This document shows, one piece after another, positions 9,203 through 20,440 of a stretch of 32,000 nt of DNA. A model generated the notes under the pieces. That model was given only the letters and a program-made list of their open reading frames with translations. It ran no database searches and was not told the DNA's origin. The DNA is taken from NCBI GenBank assembly GCA_964019725.1, contig OZ026467.1, positions 1,606,794-1,638,793 of the forward strand, written 5' to 3'. The stretch's first letter is position 1, and each line of letters begins with the position of its first letter. The position numbers and the translations under genes were made by a program. Source of the stretch: Spiroplasma endosymbiont of Antitype chi. GTDB taxonomy: Bacteria > Bacillota_I > Bacilli_A > Mycoplasmatales > Mycoplasmataceae.

Positions 9203-10079
9203 AGTATTTTATTTCTAAACTCCCCGCTAATTTTGATTTTGGTAAATCATTAAAGTATTTAATTTTATATTCTCCTATTGGTATTGTAAAGAATGTATTT
9301 AAATTAAAATATTGTTTTTCGTAAATATTAATTTCTTGTTTAACTTTATTGTTTTTATCTTTAATAACTTTTATAATTTTTTGATTTTCGATAGTTGTAT
9401 TAATAATAATTGCTTCGTTTTTCTTGATTGTTTCATAAATTTTACATTCGCTAATTTCTTTATTATCTTTAAGAAGTTTTATATGTGGATTTATTGATTC
9501 ACCATTTATGATTATTTCGCCTTTTGCTGGTAAATCACTATTATTTTTTATTTTCTTTGTTTGATCATAAATACTTGTGTATTTAAATGCTCCAAATTTA
9601 TAATTATATTTTTTTCCGACACTTGTATCAATAATTAATTCTCACTCAATTTGAATTTCTTTTTTTCAATTAGAAACTTGTTCTAAAATAAAATCAATTT
9701 CTAAATTATTGAATTGGTTTAATTCATTTTTACCAATATTTTTAATATATACATCACAATAATATTCATTATAGTTATTATTATATGTAACACCATAAAT
9801 TAATTTTAATGATTCAGAGTTAGCAAGTTCCTATTTTATTTTTTCAATAAAATCACGATATTTTTGATATGCGTTAGGGTTTATAAACAATAATTTTAAG
9901 GATAATTCATTTAATACTTTTTTATTTGATTCTAAAATAAAGTTATTTTTAACATTTAAAAAAGAATTATTAAAACCAACGCCAAGATTATTAAAAGAAA
10001 TGGTTAATATATCACTAGTATTTTGTAAGTCAATAATTTCATTATTACTTGTTTTTAATTTAAATGTTCTAACTATCAT
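9180..10079 (-). pseudogene. distal tail protein (Dit-like), one in-frame TAG
   Basis: Track ORF 9831-10079 ends at TAG 9831-9833. The same frame continues for 216 codons to TAA 9180-9182. The position directly after the tape measure fits Dit. Confidence 0.55.
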
Positions 10080-10085
10080 AAAATG

Positions 10086-11994
10086 TTAACTCCTATTTAT
10101 TTTATTTCCCATTTGTGTAAGAATTTGATTTGTTGCTTCTTCAATATCCATATTATTTGAAATATTAAAATTATTATTAAATGTATTACTATTATTTATA
10201 TTTTTTGTATTAAGAGTTGATTGTTGTAATGCTGGTTTTTGAATTTCTGGTAATGATGGGATTTGAACATTTACTAATCCAAATGTTAAATATTTTAGCC
10301 CTGTTAATACTTTATTTATTAGTCATATAATACTATTTAAAATTTTAATTAAAAAATTAAATGGAGGTATTAAAAAAGTTATAATTGCTTTTCCAATCTT
10401 AGCAAAATAGATGCTAATCCATTAAATAATGTAAAAATTGGTTTTAAAATTGGCATTAATGCTTGAAATAAATTTTTAAGTAATTCAATAACTGGAATTA
10501 ATAATTGTTTACAAATATTCCCTAATTATTTTAATAATTCTTTAAATTCTTCATTTTGGGCTAATAAAGGTACTAATAAAGCACCAATAATACTTATTCC
10601 TATTCTCCGGATTGCACCCATTGAAGATGGTAACCCCAAAAAAGCTGTTTTTAATAAATTGATGGTGTTTATTAATAAACCTCCAATAGATATTAATTTT
10701 CCGAATATTAATACAGTGGGTGCCATAACTGTTAATATACCTAAAATTTTAAATATTAATTCTTTTTGGCTAACACTTAATGAATTAAAAGTATCAGTTA
10801 TTTTTTTAATTGAAGGTATTAAATCACTATCAATAAAATTAACAAACTTTTCAAAAATAGGGAATAAACCTATTGCTAATTCCATTTTTATTATTGATAG
10901 TTTTTGTGTTAATTCATTTCATTTATTACTTAATTCTGTCATTTTTTTAATATTTTCATTTGAAATTAATGTTAAATTTTCAAAATTATTAGTTAGATTT
11001 TTTATTTCCTAATTACTTTTTAATAATAACGGGGCAATTTTACTACCTAATTCATAACCAAAAATTTTAAAATAAAGTTACTTTTTTCTGTTTTATTTGT
11101 TATTTTAGATAGTGCATTTTTTGTTTCTAAAAAAATAGTTTCAGTATTTTTTAATTCCCCACTAGTATTTTTAATATTAATTCCTAATTGTTGAAATGCA
11201 TCAGTACTTTCATTGAAAATGCCTTGTGACAATTCATAGTTTGTTTTATTTAGTTTTTGAAATAAAATTTCAATATTTTCAGTTTCTAAACCAATCTTTT
11301 TAGCAATAAATCTAAATTTTTGTAAATTATCAGTTGAAATATTAATTTTTTGTGCTGTTTTATTTAATTCTTCACCAAATAAAATCGTATCTTTTGTTAT
11401 TTTTCCTAAAATAGCCTTAATACCAATTAACGGTATTGTAATATAAGCACTTAATTTTTTACCTATATCTGATAATTTGTTTCCAAATTTAATAAATTTA
11501 TCGCCACTTATTTTAGATAGTTGTTTGTTAGTTTCTTTTAAGTCGCTATTAAACTTAATTATATTACGATCAATTCTATCAATAGTTAAATTTGTAAATT
11601 CATTTTCCCTTGGTATTGCATTAAATTTCTTTTGTAATTGAGATAATTCAACATTTAATTTTTTAATTTGTTTTTCATCTGTTCCATTTTTAATTGCTAT
11701 TTCAGTTTTTTTAATTTGATTTAAATATTCTTTTTGATTTTTTTGTAATTCATTTATTTTATTAATTAATTGCTGTTTTTGTTTTAGGGTATTTTCAATA
11801 TTTTTGTTATATTCAACAATTTTATTTCTTAAATTATCAAGTTCTTTGCCATTTTTAAATTTTAAATTAGCATAAAGATTAGCAAGTTTTCGATTTGAAA
11901 GATTAACAGTATCGGCTAATTTTTTGACTTCTGTATTTATATTTGATAAATTTGTACTAATTTCAAGATGAATTCCTTTGATTTGTTCTGCCAT
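10086..11994 (-). pseudogene. tail tape measure protein, multiply disrupted
   Basis: ATG 11992-11994 lies behind SD GGAGG. The N-terminal part is coiled-coil, followed by hydrophobic helical repeats (track ORF 10526-10885). Lesions: frame change near 11050-11090, TAG 11009-11011, TAA 10526-10528, and a frame change near 10400-10420. Confidence 0.7.
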
Positions 11995-12000
11995 TAAATT

Positions 12001-12524
12001 TTAACCTCCAAAAAATATTTTATTTATTTTTTCTTGTGTTGGTTTTTTAGAAAAATTATTAACATCTTGATATCTTTCTGAATGTAAAGCGATAATATTT
12101 AAAAATTATTTTAAGGTAAATAATTTTAAATCACTAACTAAATAACCACATTCTTTAATTAAACAAATAAAAGTATGAGTTCAATTTTTATTTAAATTTT
12201 GATTAACTACTTTTTTTCATTAATATTATTATTTGAAATAAATACCTCTGCTATTAAATTATTTAATTTTGTTACAAATGCTTCATTCATAATTTCTGAT
12301 AATGGGATACTTTGGAAAAATTATTTATAATCTAAATTATTATCATAATTATATGCAAAAGAAAACAACATATCTAGTAATTGTTTATATGAAAATTTTT
12401 CATTCTTCATTTTTTCAAAATCAGTAATTAAATCACTACCAGTTAATTGTTCATAAATTATTAAAAAATAAGCACTTGTATTAATATTTATATCAACATT
12501 CCCAACTTTAATTTTTTTGTTCAT
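12001..12524 (-). pseudogene. tail assembly chaperone G/GT pair (with in-frame TAA lesions)
   Basis: It lies between the major tail and tape measure genes. The G frame runs 12524 to TAG 12207-12209, with TAA at 12321-12323. The -1 frame continues to TAA 12001-12003, with TAA at 12106-12108. Confidence 0.55.
12210..12216 (-). promoter_or_regulatory. -1 programmed ribosomal frameshift slippery heptamer A_AAA_AAG
   Basis: Minus strand reads GAA AAA AAG TAG. A -1 slip gives AAA AAA GTA GTT and opens the T extension. Confidence 0.6.
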
Positions 12525-12554
12525 ATTTAACTCCTTTAAATTCTTAAATATTTT

Positions 12555-13430
12555 TTAAGAATTTTTAATTACAACATCAATCGGATTTGTTTGACCAATA
12601 GCATTATTTTTACCTTCAATTTGAACTTCTACAGTTTTATCATTTGTCATATTAATTGGTCAGTATTCACCTTTACTTTCAATAAAGTAATCAAAATCAC
12701 TCTCGGTTAAAGAACTATTTACTGCTTTTACTGCTTTTAAAACAACAGCTTTAAATTGTGGTTTTAACTGTTCTTGTGTTGTACTTGCTGCGTTTGTGAC
12801 ATGAATGATTGGTTTCTCTATTTTATTAATTTTACTAATATTGATTTTAATTATTTCAGAATGTATTTCACTATTTTCTTTATATACTTCATTAAATCAA
12901 CTATTAAAAATATTTTTATTAGTATTTTCACTAATATAACTTTTAATAATATTATCTTCTGCTCTGGGCAGGGAATTAAATTCAAATGAATAAGTATCTG
13001 CTTCAACATTTTCATTTTTTGTATTGTGTGTTTCATTAGAAATTTTTAAATTAACTCGATAAAGTCATATTCTTCGTTTTTCAGTGTCACCATCAATTTC
13101 AAAACCCAATGCCATTTCTTTTGGTTGAATATTTGATTTTTCAAATCTAATATTATTTTTATCTTTTATTAATCCAAAAATTTCTTCTAAAAATGTATCA
13201 CTTGGTTTAATAATAGTTAATGTTCCAGTATAACCTTGATTAGAATGAGCAATATAATAGGGAATATTATCAGCATAAATAGTAGTTGTATTTTCAGCAA
13301 TATTTAACGCTAAACTGGTAGCACCTTTAATTATTTTTGGTGTTTCATAACTGATTTTATTATCTATTGTTTTAATAATTGCATAATGAACATTTGAAAG
13401 TCCAAACTCAATTAAATTATCTTTGTTCAT
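12555..13430 (-). CDS. major tail protein (phi13/TP901-1-like), 291 aa, intact
   Basis: Track ORF 13065-13430 continues across TGA. The length of 876 nt is in frame to TAA 12555-12557. The RRIWLYRV region and gene position fit a major tail protein. Confidence 0.8.
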
Positions 13431-13447
13431 ATTTTTTCTCCTTTTAA

Positions 13448-13826
13448 TTAATTTCTTGTATTAATTAAATAAACTTCATATATTGTTATATAAATTTTTT
13501 CACTATTTAAATAATAATTTTGTATTTTTTTGAAAATGATTTTATTATTTTCTAATATTTGTTCTAATTCTTCTTCTAATAAAAAATTTATTTCTTGTGT
13601 AAAAATTGATATTTGAATTACTTGTTTTTTCACATATGAAATATTATCTGCGTATAAAATACTTTGATCAGTAATATCATATTATGTAATGTAATTTGAT
13701 AAATTATTATCATCTATTTTACTCAAATTATAAAAAATAGGTATTTTTAAATAATTTTTAGAAATTAACCCGTTTATTAATTTTAAATTTTTTGTATTGA
13801 GTAATTCATTTAATTTTAAACCCCAT
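13448..13826 (-). pseudogene. tail-completion/terminator-position protein, disrupted
   Basis: ATG 13824-13826 is in a different frame from the body. In-frame TAA at 13682-13684. Contains track ORF 13448-13633. Confidence 0.45.
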
Positions 13827-14229
13827 TTTTAATAATATTTTTTATATTTTCTATAAACTCATTAATATTGTTGTTATATGCGGGTCGCATAAATAGGCGT
13901 GCTATAATTTGTGTTCCAGACAAATAATGTCTTACACCAAATTCAATTAAGTGAACTATTTGATATTTTTTCTTTGCTCTTATGTAAGCAATTATTTCAT
14001 CTTCATTTTCTTTAATTTCTAAAATAAAATAATTTCGTAAATGATTTTTATTGTTTTTGCTAATCGGAACTTTTTCTTTTATTTCTGCTAAAATTTTATT
14101 TCCAGTATTAATAACTTCATTTTTTATTTTATTTTGAATATCAAATGTATATTGTTGAATAGATGAAACCATTTCTGATGTTATATCTTTTAAAGAATTA
14201 AATTTTTTCTTCATTTTTTTATTCTCCAA
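13816..14229 (-). CDS. HK97 gp10-like head-tail joining protein
   Basis: Intact track ORF. The HLIEFG...FMRPA motif is typical of the HK97 gp10 family. Confidence 0.75.
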   Translation of the reverse strand: MENKKMKKKFNSLKDITSEMVSSIQQYTFDIQNKIKNEVINTGNKILAEIKEKVPISKNNKNHLRNYFILEIKENEDEIIAYIRAKKKYQIVHLIEFGVRHYLSGTQIIARLFMRPAYNNNINEFIENIKNIIKNGV

Positions 14230-14545
14230 TATTATCTGTTAAAAATAATTCTAAGTAATCATTTTTAGGATCATATATTCTTTTAATAAAAAATTCTTTA
14301 TTAGTTCCAAATAAATTTATTTCAACATAATTTTCGTTATTAAAATTGTGTTTATAAATAATAATTTTATGTTCCATTTTTAATGTTTCTTGGTTAGCAA
14401 TAAAATAATCATTAATATGTGTAGATAATATTTCTCCAAAAATATTTTTCCGGTATTTTTCTTTTAAAATTGGGCGATTAATTTCATCTTTAATAGTTTG
14501 CTTAAAAATTAATATTATTTTGTCATTAAATTTTCTTTTATTCAT
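14219..14545 (-). CDS. head-closure/adaptor protein
   Basis: Track ORF 14219-14554. The likely ATG is at 14543-14545. The call rests on position in the connector cluster. Confidence 0.6.
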   Translation of the reverse strand: MNKRKFNDKIILIFKQTIKDEINRPILKEKYRKNIFGEILSTHINDYFIANQETLKMEHKIIIYKHNFNNENYVEINLFGTNKEFFIKRIYDPKNDYLELFLTDNIGE

Positions 14546-14832
14546 TTTGCTCAATTTTTAAATTTTAATTGTCTAATATGCCAATAAAATAAATCTGGTA
14601 ATTCATTAATTTCTCGACCAAAATTATGTTTACAATAAATACCTATGATATCTTTTATTTGTTCATCCTTATCAGAATTAATAACAATTATAGGAATGCC
14701 AGAAGTTAATAAAATTTCTTTTGCAGATAAAATTAATGTTTTAAGTTCTTTATCAAAACTTTTATCATTTTCTTCTAATCTCAACAATAATTTAATATAA
14801 TTTAAAAATTCTGTTGTTGTTTCTACTGGCAT
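14515..14832 (-). CDS. gp6-like head-tail connector protein
   Basis: Track ORF 14551-14832 continues across two TGAs to TAA 14515-14517. The LNYIKLLLRLEENDKSFDKELKTLILSAKE pattern is typical of the family. Confidence 0.7.
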
Positions 14833-14849
14833 AATAATTTATCTCCTTT

Positions 14850-16715
14850 TTACTCTCTTACTACATTAACAAATGATCATTTTGCGACAGTATTTCCATC
14901 GGCAATGAATGTTGCTTTGTATGCGATTAAATCTTGATCAAAAAAGAAGTCTGTTTATTTAGTAATGTTTAATTGTTTTTGAAAGTTTCATTTATATTGA
15001 CTTAAATCCCCAAATGTTATAAATGTTGATTTTTCTGTTTCTGAATATTCTGGATATTCATCACATAAAATAACATCATAACCAAAAATATTGTATTTTA
15101 ATGTTTCATCACTTTTTGTGTGGTTTCAAATTGGTCTATCATTTTTATCTTTAATTGCTTGAATTTGTGTAAAGAAAGTAGATTTATTCATAATAAACTT
15201 AGCATTATTATGATAACCAGTTGGAAGTAAAGAAATAATTTTTTGAATTGTATCATAAGAAATATTTTTTTCAGTTTGTGCTAATTTATGTTTAAGAATA
15301 TTAGTATTAGTAATTATTCCTTGTGGTTCAAGTTTTGCAGATCCTTGTCCTTTTGCAATAGCATATTCAATAGCATTTTGTACTTCTATTGCTAAACTAT
15401 CAATAATAAACTTTTCAAAATTATCTATTGTAATTGCTTCTGCACTTTCTGAAATAGTTATCATTGTTCCTCATCTATATCCATTTAATTGGATTGATTT
15501 AAAATCAAGTTTTCCAGTTAATTTTTCACCTTCTTTGCTTCATTTTCCGCCAACATTCTCATCTTTTTTAATAGCAAATTTTAAAAAACCATCAATATTT
15601 GAAACTGATACATTTCTAATTAAATCAGATGTACCTTGTAATTTTGCAATAATACTTTCTCATATTGTTGTTGGTACCAATGGTGAAGCATCTTGGTTTC
15701 CGTTTGAATTTGTTCCGATTTGTAAAAACTTAGTTTCTTGATTTGTTAATTTTTTGTGTTGTAATTTTTTTAATCAAGCATTTTTATATTCTTTTGATTT
15801 TAGAACATCGTCAGTATTTTGTAAAATACTTTTATTTTCATAATTATTATAATTATAAAAGTTTTCAATATTCCGAGATTTTTCTGGTTGTTCTGTTTGA
15901 TTATCTTCAATAACTTCCTGTTCAATTTCATTTTTAATCATTTCTAAACGATTAAATTCTGTTGTAATTTCATTAATTTCTTTAACAAGTTCTTTAACTT
16001 TTTTTACATCTTCATCGGATACATCTGCTTTTGTTTCAATATTTTTTTTTAAAAAGTTTAATTCTTCTTTTTTTATTAGTTTTTGATTTCTTAATTCTTT
16101 TAATTTATCATTTAAATTTTTTGTCATTTTGTTATTTTCATCTCCTTGCAAAATTTCTTCTATTTCTAGATTTAATATTTCTTTTTGTAAAATATTAAAA
16201 TTATTAGTATTTTTACTTTTAATTTCTTGCACCTCACTTTTTGGGTTTGCACCTAATGGAACTAATGAGACCTCATTTACTTCAACTTGTTTTAAGTATC
16301 TAACAATATTTCCTTTAATTTCCTTATCTTCTGTTTCTATTGTTGTATATCCTATGCTTAATTGCATCGGTCTATTGCTTTTTTGCATTTGTTTTGAAAT
16401 TTCATATACTTCTTTTCCAACCGTAATATTTGTATTAATTTGCATTTTAGCTCATAATCCATCTTTTTTGCTTTCTAAGTATGCGATTCCAATTGGATTT
16501 TTATGTTCATGACCCCATAATAATGGAACTGCTGGTGTATTTTTTATAGTTTCAATAAAACTATTTTCATCAGTAATGTCACCATGATAATCAACAACAT
16601 TATATTTATTAGCAATTCCGATTATTTCTTTAATGCCATCGTCATTTGTTTGTATAATATTTTTTACTTTAAAATTAATTTTTTTATTAATCTCGTTATT
16701 AATTGTTTTGTTCAC
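14850..16715 (-). pseudogene. fused prohead protease - coiled-coil scaffold - HK97-type major capsid protein (621 codons), one TAA 35 codons before the end
   Basis: Track ORFs 16452-16715, 15774-16445 and 15126-15464 are all in one frame, joined only by TGA codons (checked codon by codon). In-frame TAA at 14955-14957. The frame continues to TAA 14850-14852. Confidence 0.75.
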
Positions 16716-17898
16716 TTTTATCTCCTATATTTTTATTTTTAAGTTGTTCTCTTTCTTGCCAATCATAATTTTTTGTCATTCCATAAATATCTAATCCTTC
16801 AACACTTTCATATCCCTCTTGATTTCTAACTTCATTTGGTGATAAAACACTATGCTCTAACATTTTTGCGTAATATGCTGTTTTATCTTGTAAATTTCCC
16901 AATAATACTCGTTTTGCTGAAAATGATATATAGTTTCCTAATTCTAATTCTTTTTTGCTGAAAATTTTAAAACTAAATTCTTGTTCTCATTGTGTTAATA
17001 ATGGTTGAATAACAGAACTAACATAACCTTGATACTGCTCTGGACTATATTTTCCATTAACAATTTCAGAAGCAACATTATAAAATTTATAAATATTATT
17101 TCGATATTGTTCCATTTGTTCTTTATTTAAGTTAGAAATATTACAATCTACTTCTTGAAAATCTAGACCATTATCTAAAATGGCAAAACCGCGATATTTA
17201 TTTTGTAAATTATTATCTACAAATTCTTTTAATTTTTCTTGTAATTGTTCTGGGGCAACTATATTATTAACTTTTAATATACCTTTTAAATTACCTGATT
17301 GTTTTAAATTATTAATTGAGGAATTAATCATCTCTTCTAGTAATTTTGTTGAATATTCTAATGATTTATTTGGAATTTCTCAGAATAATCCTTTATTATA
17401 AAATTTTCGTAAATGTATTAAATCATCATATGGTAATACTAAATTTGTGTTATTTAAATAAAACTTTATAAAATATTGATTATTTTTATCGAATAAAATT
17501 TCTAAAAAATCATACTCAATAGTAATTAAAGAATTAATTTTTTCATTTTCTCATTGAATATAAATAAAAGTATTTCCTTGTAAAAACAAATTGGTTGTTA
17601 TTTTATAATAAAAATCATAAGCACTCATCCCCGAATTTGGTCTAACATTTAATAAATATTTTAAATTATATTTATTTGTAGTTTTAATATTTTCTTTTTC
17701 GACACATTGTGGTATTGCTTTTAACTGGGCAATATCACTCGCTATTCGATTAATTGTACTTTTAACAACATCAATTTCATAATTATTAGTAAAATTTGAT
17801 AAAAAAGTTTTAAAGTCATGATTAATATACATAAAATTTTGTTTTTTGGATAAATTATTATTTATTGTTTTTTGTTTTTTCTTAAATCACAGAGCAAT
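16699..17898 (-). CDS. portal protein (HK97 family), intact
   Basis: Track ORFs 17551-17832, 16987-17331 and 16699-16902 are in one frame, joined by TGA. SD AAGGAGGG at 17905-17912 points to an ATT start at 17896-17898, with ATG 17830-17832 as the alternative. Confidence 0.85.
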
Positions 17899-17942
17899 TT
17901 TATTACCCTCCTTACTTAAATAAATTAATTTAAGTCGTCACG

Positions 17943-17971
17943 ATGATACCATCATTATTTAAAAAGTACAA
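17943..17971 (-). promoter_or_regulatory. sigma70-like promoter, copy d
   Basis: Minus strand: TTGTAC (17966-17971), 17 nt ending AATGATGG, then TATCAT (17943-17948). Confidence 0.5.
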
Positions 17972-18002
17972 ATTTTTATAAAAACTTGTACTTTAAAATT
18001 AA

Positions 18003-19704
18003 TTAATCATTAAAATTTTTCCCGATATCTGTTTGATAAATTTTAAAATGTTGTTCATTATTTATATACATTTTATAAGCAAATAATAGTGCCATAAAAC
18101 CATCAATTCTTTTGCGTGAACTTTTTTTAATTGGCATAATATTTTCTTTACTATCTGTTATAAGTTTTGTGTTATCTAAATTTCATTTAAAAATAGGGTG
18201 ATTATTATAAATAATTTTATCATCATAAAATAATGGAGCAATCGATTTTATTAATGGTGATATTGTATATATACCATTTGTGACAATTTCTGTTCTATTA
18301 GAAAAACTGTTTTGTTCTAATTTTTCTTTTATATAATCTGCATAATATCTATCATATCCAATTTTTACACAAATTAAATTATATTTTTTAATAGTTTCAA
18401 TAATATAATCAATTATTTCATCTCTATTTACAGCGGATCCAAGTGTAAAAGTTATGTATCCTTGTTTTTCTCAAACAGAATATAAAACTTTGTCTTCTTT
18501 TTCATTTTCATATGCTCTTTCTCGGGGAATAAAAAAATGTGGCAAAATAAAAAACTCACCAGTTTTTTCGGGTATTAAAATTACAACAGCAGTTAAGTCC
18601 ATTGTTTGTGATAAATCAATACCAACAGTACAGTATTTATTTTTTAAATAATCTTCTAAATTAACATTTTTATTATTTTTTTCTTGTAAATATCCAAAAT
18701 TAAATAATGAAGTTTCTTGCAGAGAAGCAATATTACAATGACGAGTTAAAAAACTAGGTTGTTGTAATGGCTGGTTAATTGCTGTTTCTCATTCTTCTTT
18801 TAACTTTTCAATATTTTTAGAAATACCAAGATTTGGATTTGCTTTATATATATTTTTAAATTTTTTTCATTCATTAAAATTATCTAATTCATATATTCAA
18901 GGTAAAAAATTATCGTTTTGATAAATATTATTTAATACTTTTTCATCATATTCATATCTCTCATCATAAATGCTCTCACGAGTACTTCCACTTGTTGTAA
19001 TTAAAAGCATTAATGTATTTTTTCTTTTTGATGTTGCTGATTTAATAACATCATATAAGTCTCTTTTTTTCATAGCCACCAATTCATCTAAAATTACTAT
19101 ATATGGATTTAAACCATCTAATGTTTTATCTTCTGATGCTAATGGTTGAAAATGTGATCAATCTCTTAAAAATTCTATTTTATCCCTTGTTATTTTTAAT
19201 TTACTATTTAATCATTCTTCCTGTCTAATCATACTTTTAACTTCATCAAAAATAATTTTTGCTTGTTCTTTTTTTTGTTGCAACTGTATATATACTTGCC
19301 CCTTTTTCGTTATCTAATAACAAACATTTTAAAACAATAGCAGATGCTAGGGTTGATTTACCATTCCCTCTACCAACAACCAATAATGCTTCTTTAAATC
19401 TGCGAATATTAGTTTATTTTTCGTAAAAACCAAATAATGCTTCTATAAATGCTTTTTGTCATAATTCTAATTTAAAATTTTGTCCTGCATATTCACCAGT
19501 TGAAAGATGACAAAATCTTTCTATAAAAATTATTGCACCACTTGCTTGTTTTTTATTAAAATAAAACCTTTTACTATTTTTTAATTCATTAACTAAATTA
19601 GATACTATCTTTTTAATTTTCAAACAAACAATATCTTCGTTTTTTTTAATTCACTCATTATATAATTCTAAATTAGTTTTATTATTTATCGTTTTTTCAA
19701 TCAT
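18003..19704 (-). pseudogene. terL: terminase large subunit, one TAA plus one homopolymer frameshift
   Basis: Walker A VVGRGNGKST, ILDE, and a nuclease half containing track ORF 18897-19082. ATG 19702-19704. In-frame TAA at 19414-19416. The frame changes at T8 19269-19276. Stop TAA 18003-18005. Both frames were checked codon by codon. Confidence 0.85.
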
Positions 19705-19713
19705 AAATTATTT

Positions 19714-20149
19714 TTATTCTAATTGTATAATTTCATCTAATAGATTATTGTTTGTTTGTAATATAAACGATACTTCAATTTTTTCATTACTTTCTTTTAT
19801 TCATTTTTCAATAATTATATAGTGACTTTTATAATTTTTTAACATTGCATTATATTCTGGCAAAATTGGATTTTTTTCTTGTCTTTTATTCCCGCGAATA
19901 TTTTCAACATCAATATAATAATTATCTAATTGACGAATTTTTTTATCCATATCATAAATTAATCATTCAATTTTACAAAATGTTTTAAGGAAATTAATTT
20001 TTGACTTATCTAAATCAACATTATTATTAATTAATATTTTTTTTATAATCTTTAAAAAGATTATTTATTTCTTTTTCACCTTTTAAATTTAGTTCATTTT
20101 CGTTTAAAATTGCTTTATTTTTATTCATTTTTGGGTTATTTTTATTCAT
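19714..20149 (-). pseudogene. terS: terminase small subunit (P27-like), frameshifted in an A8 tract
   Basis: It lies directly upstream of terL. ATG 20147-20149, with a second ATG at 20126-20128. The frame changes at T8 20037-20044. Stop TAA 19714-19716. Confidence 0.5.
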
Positions 20150-20282
20150 TTTTAAGCTATTTTTTACAAATTTTTTATTGTTTTTTTTTTTTGCTTTCCA
20201 TTAATAAAATCCCTTATTTTTAAATGTTTTTTTATTATTTTACATAATTTATTTCATCACACCATAAAATTTTTGCCTTTTG

Positions 20283-20313
20283 TGTGCACGTGCCCCCAGC
20301 CCTCGGTGGCCCA
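20283..20313. other. GC-rich island in the late-operon leader (candidate cos/packaging site)
   Basis: The sequence gtgtgcacgtgcccccagccctcggtggccc sits in an otherwise very AT-rich region, between promoter e and terS. Confidence 0.35.
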
Positions 20314-20383
20314 AAATATCTTTAAAATAAGATACAATAGGGGGTAAAATAAAAATATAATTATATATTTAAAAATCACTGAC

Positions 20384-20412
20384 ATAATACCGCAGATTAA
20401 ATTTTTTGTCGA
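20384..20412 (-). promoter_or_regulatory. sigma70-like promoter, copy e (late operon)
   Basis: Minus strand: TCGACA (20407-20412), 17 nt ending ATCTGCGG, then TATTAT (20384-20389). Confidence 0.45.
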
Positions 20413-20440
20413 ATTAAATAATTAAAAATTATATATTTTT

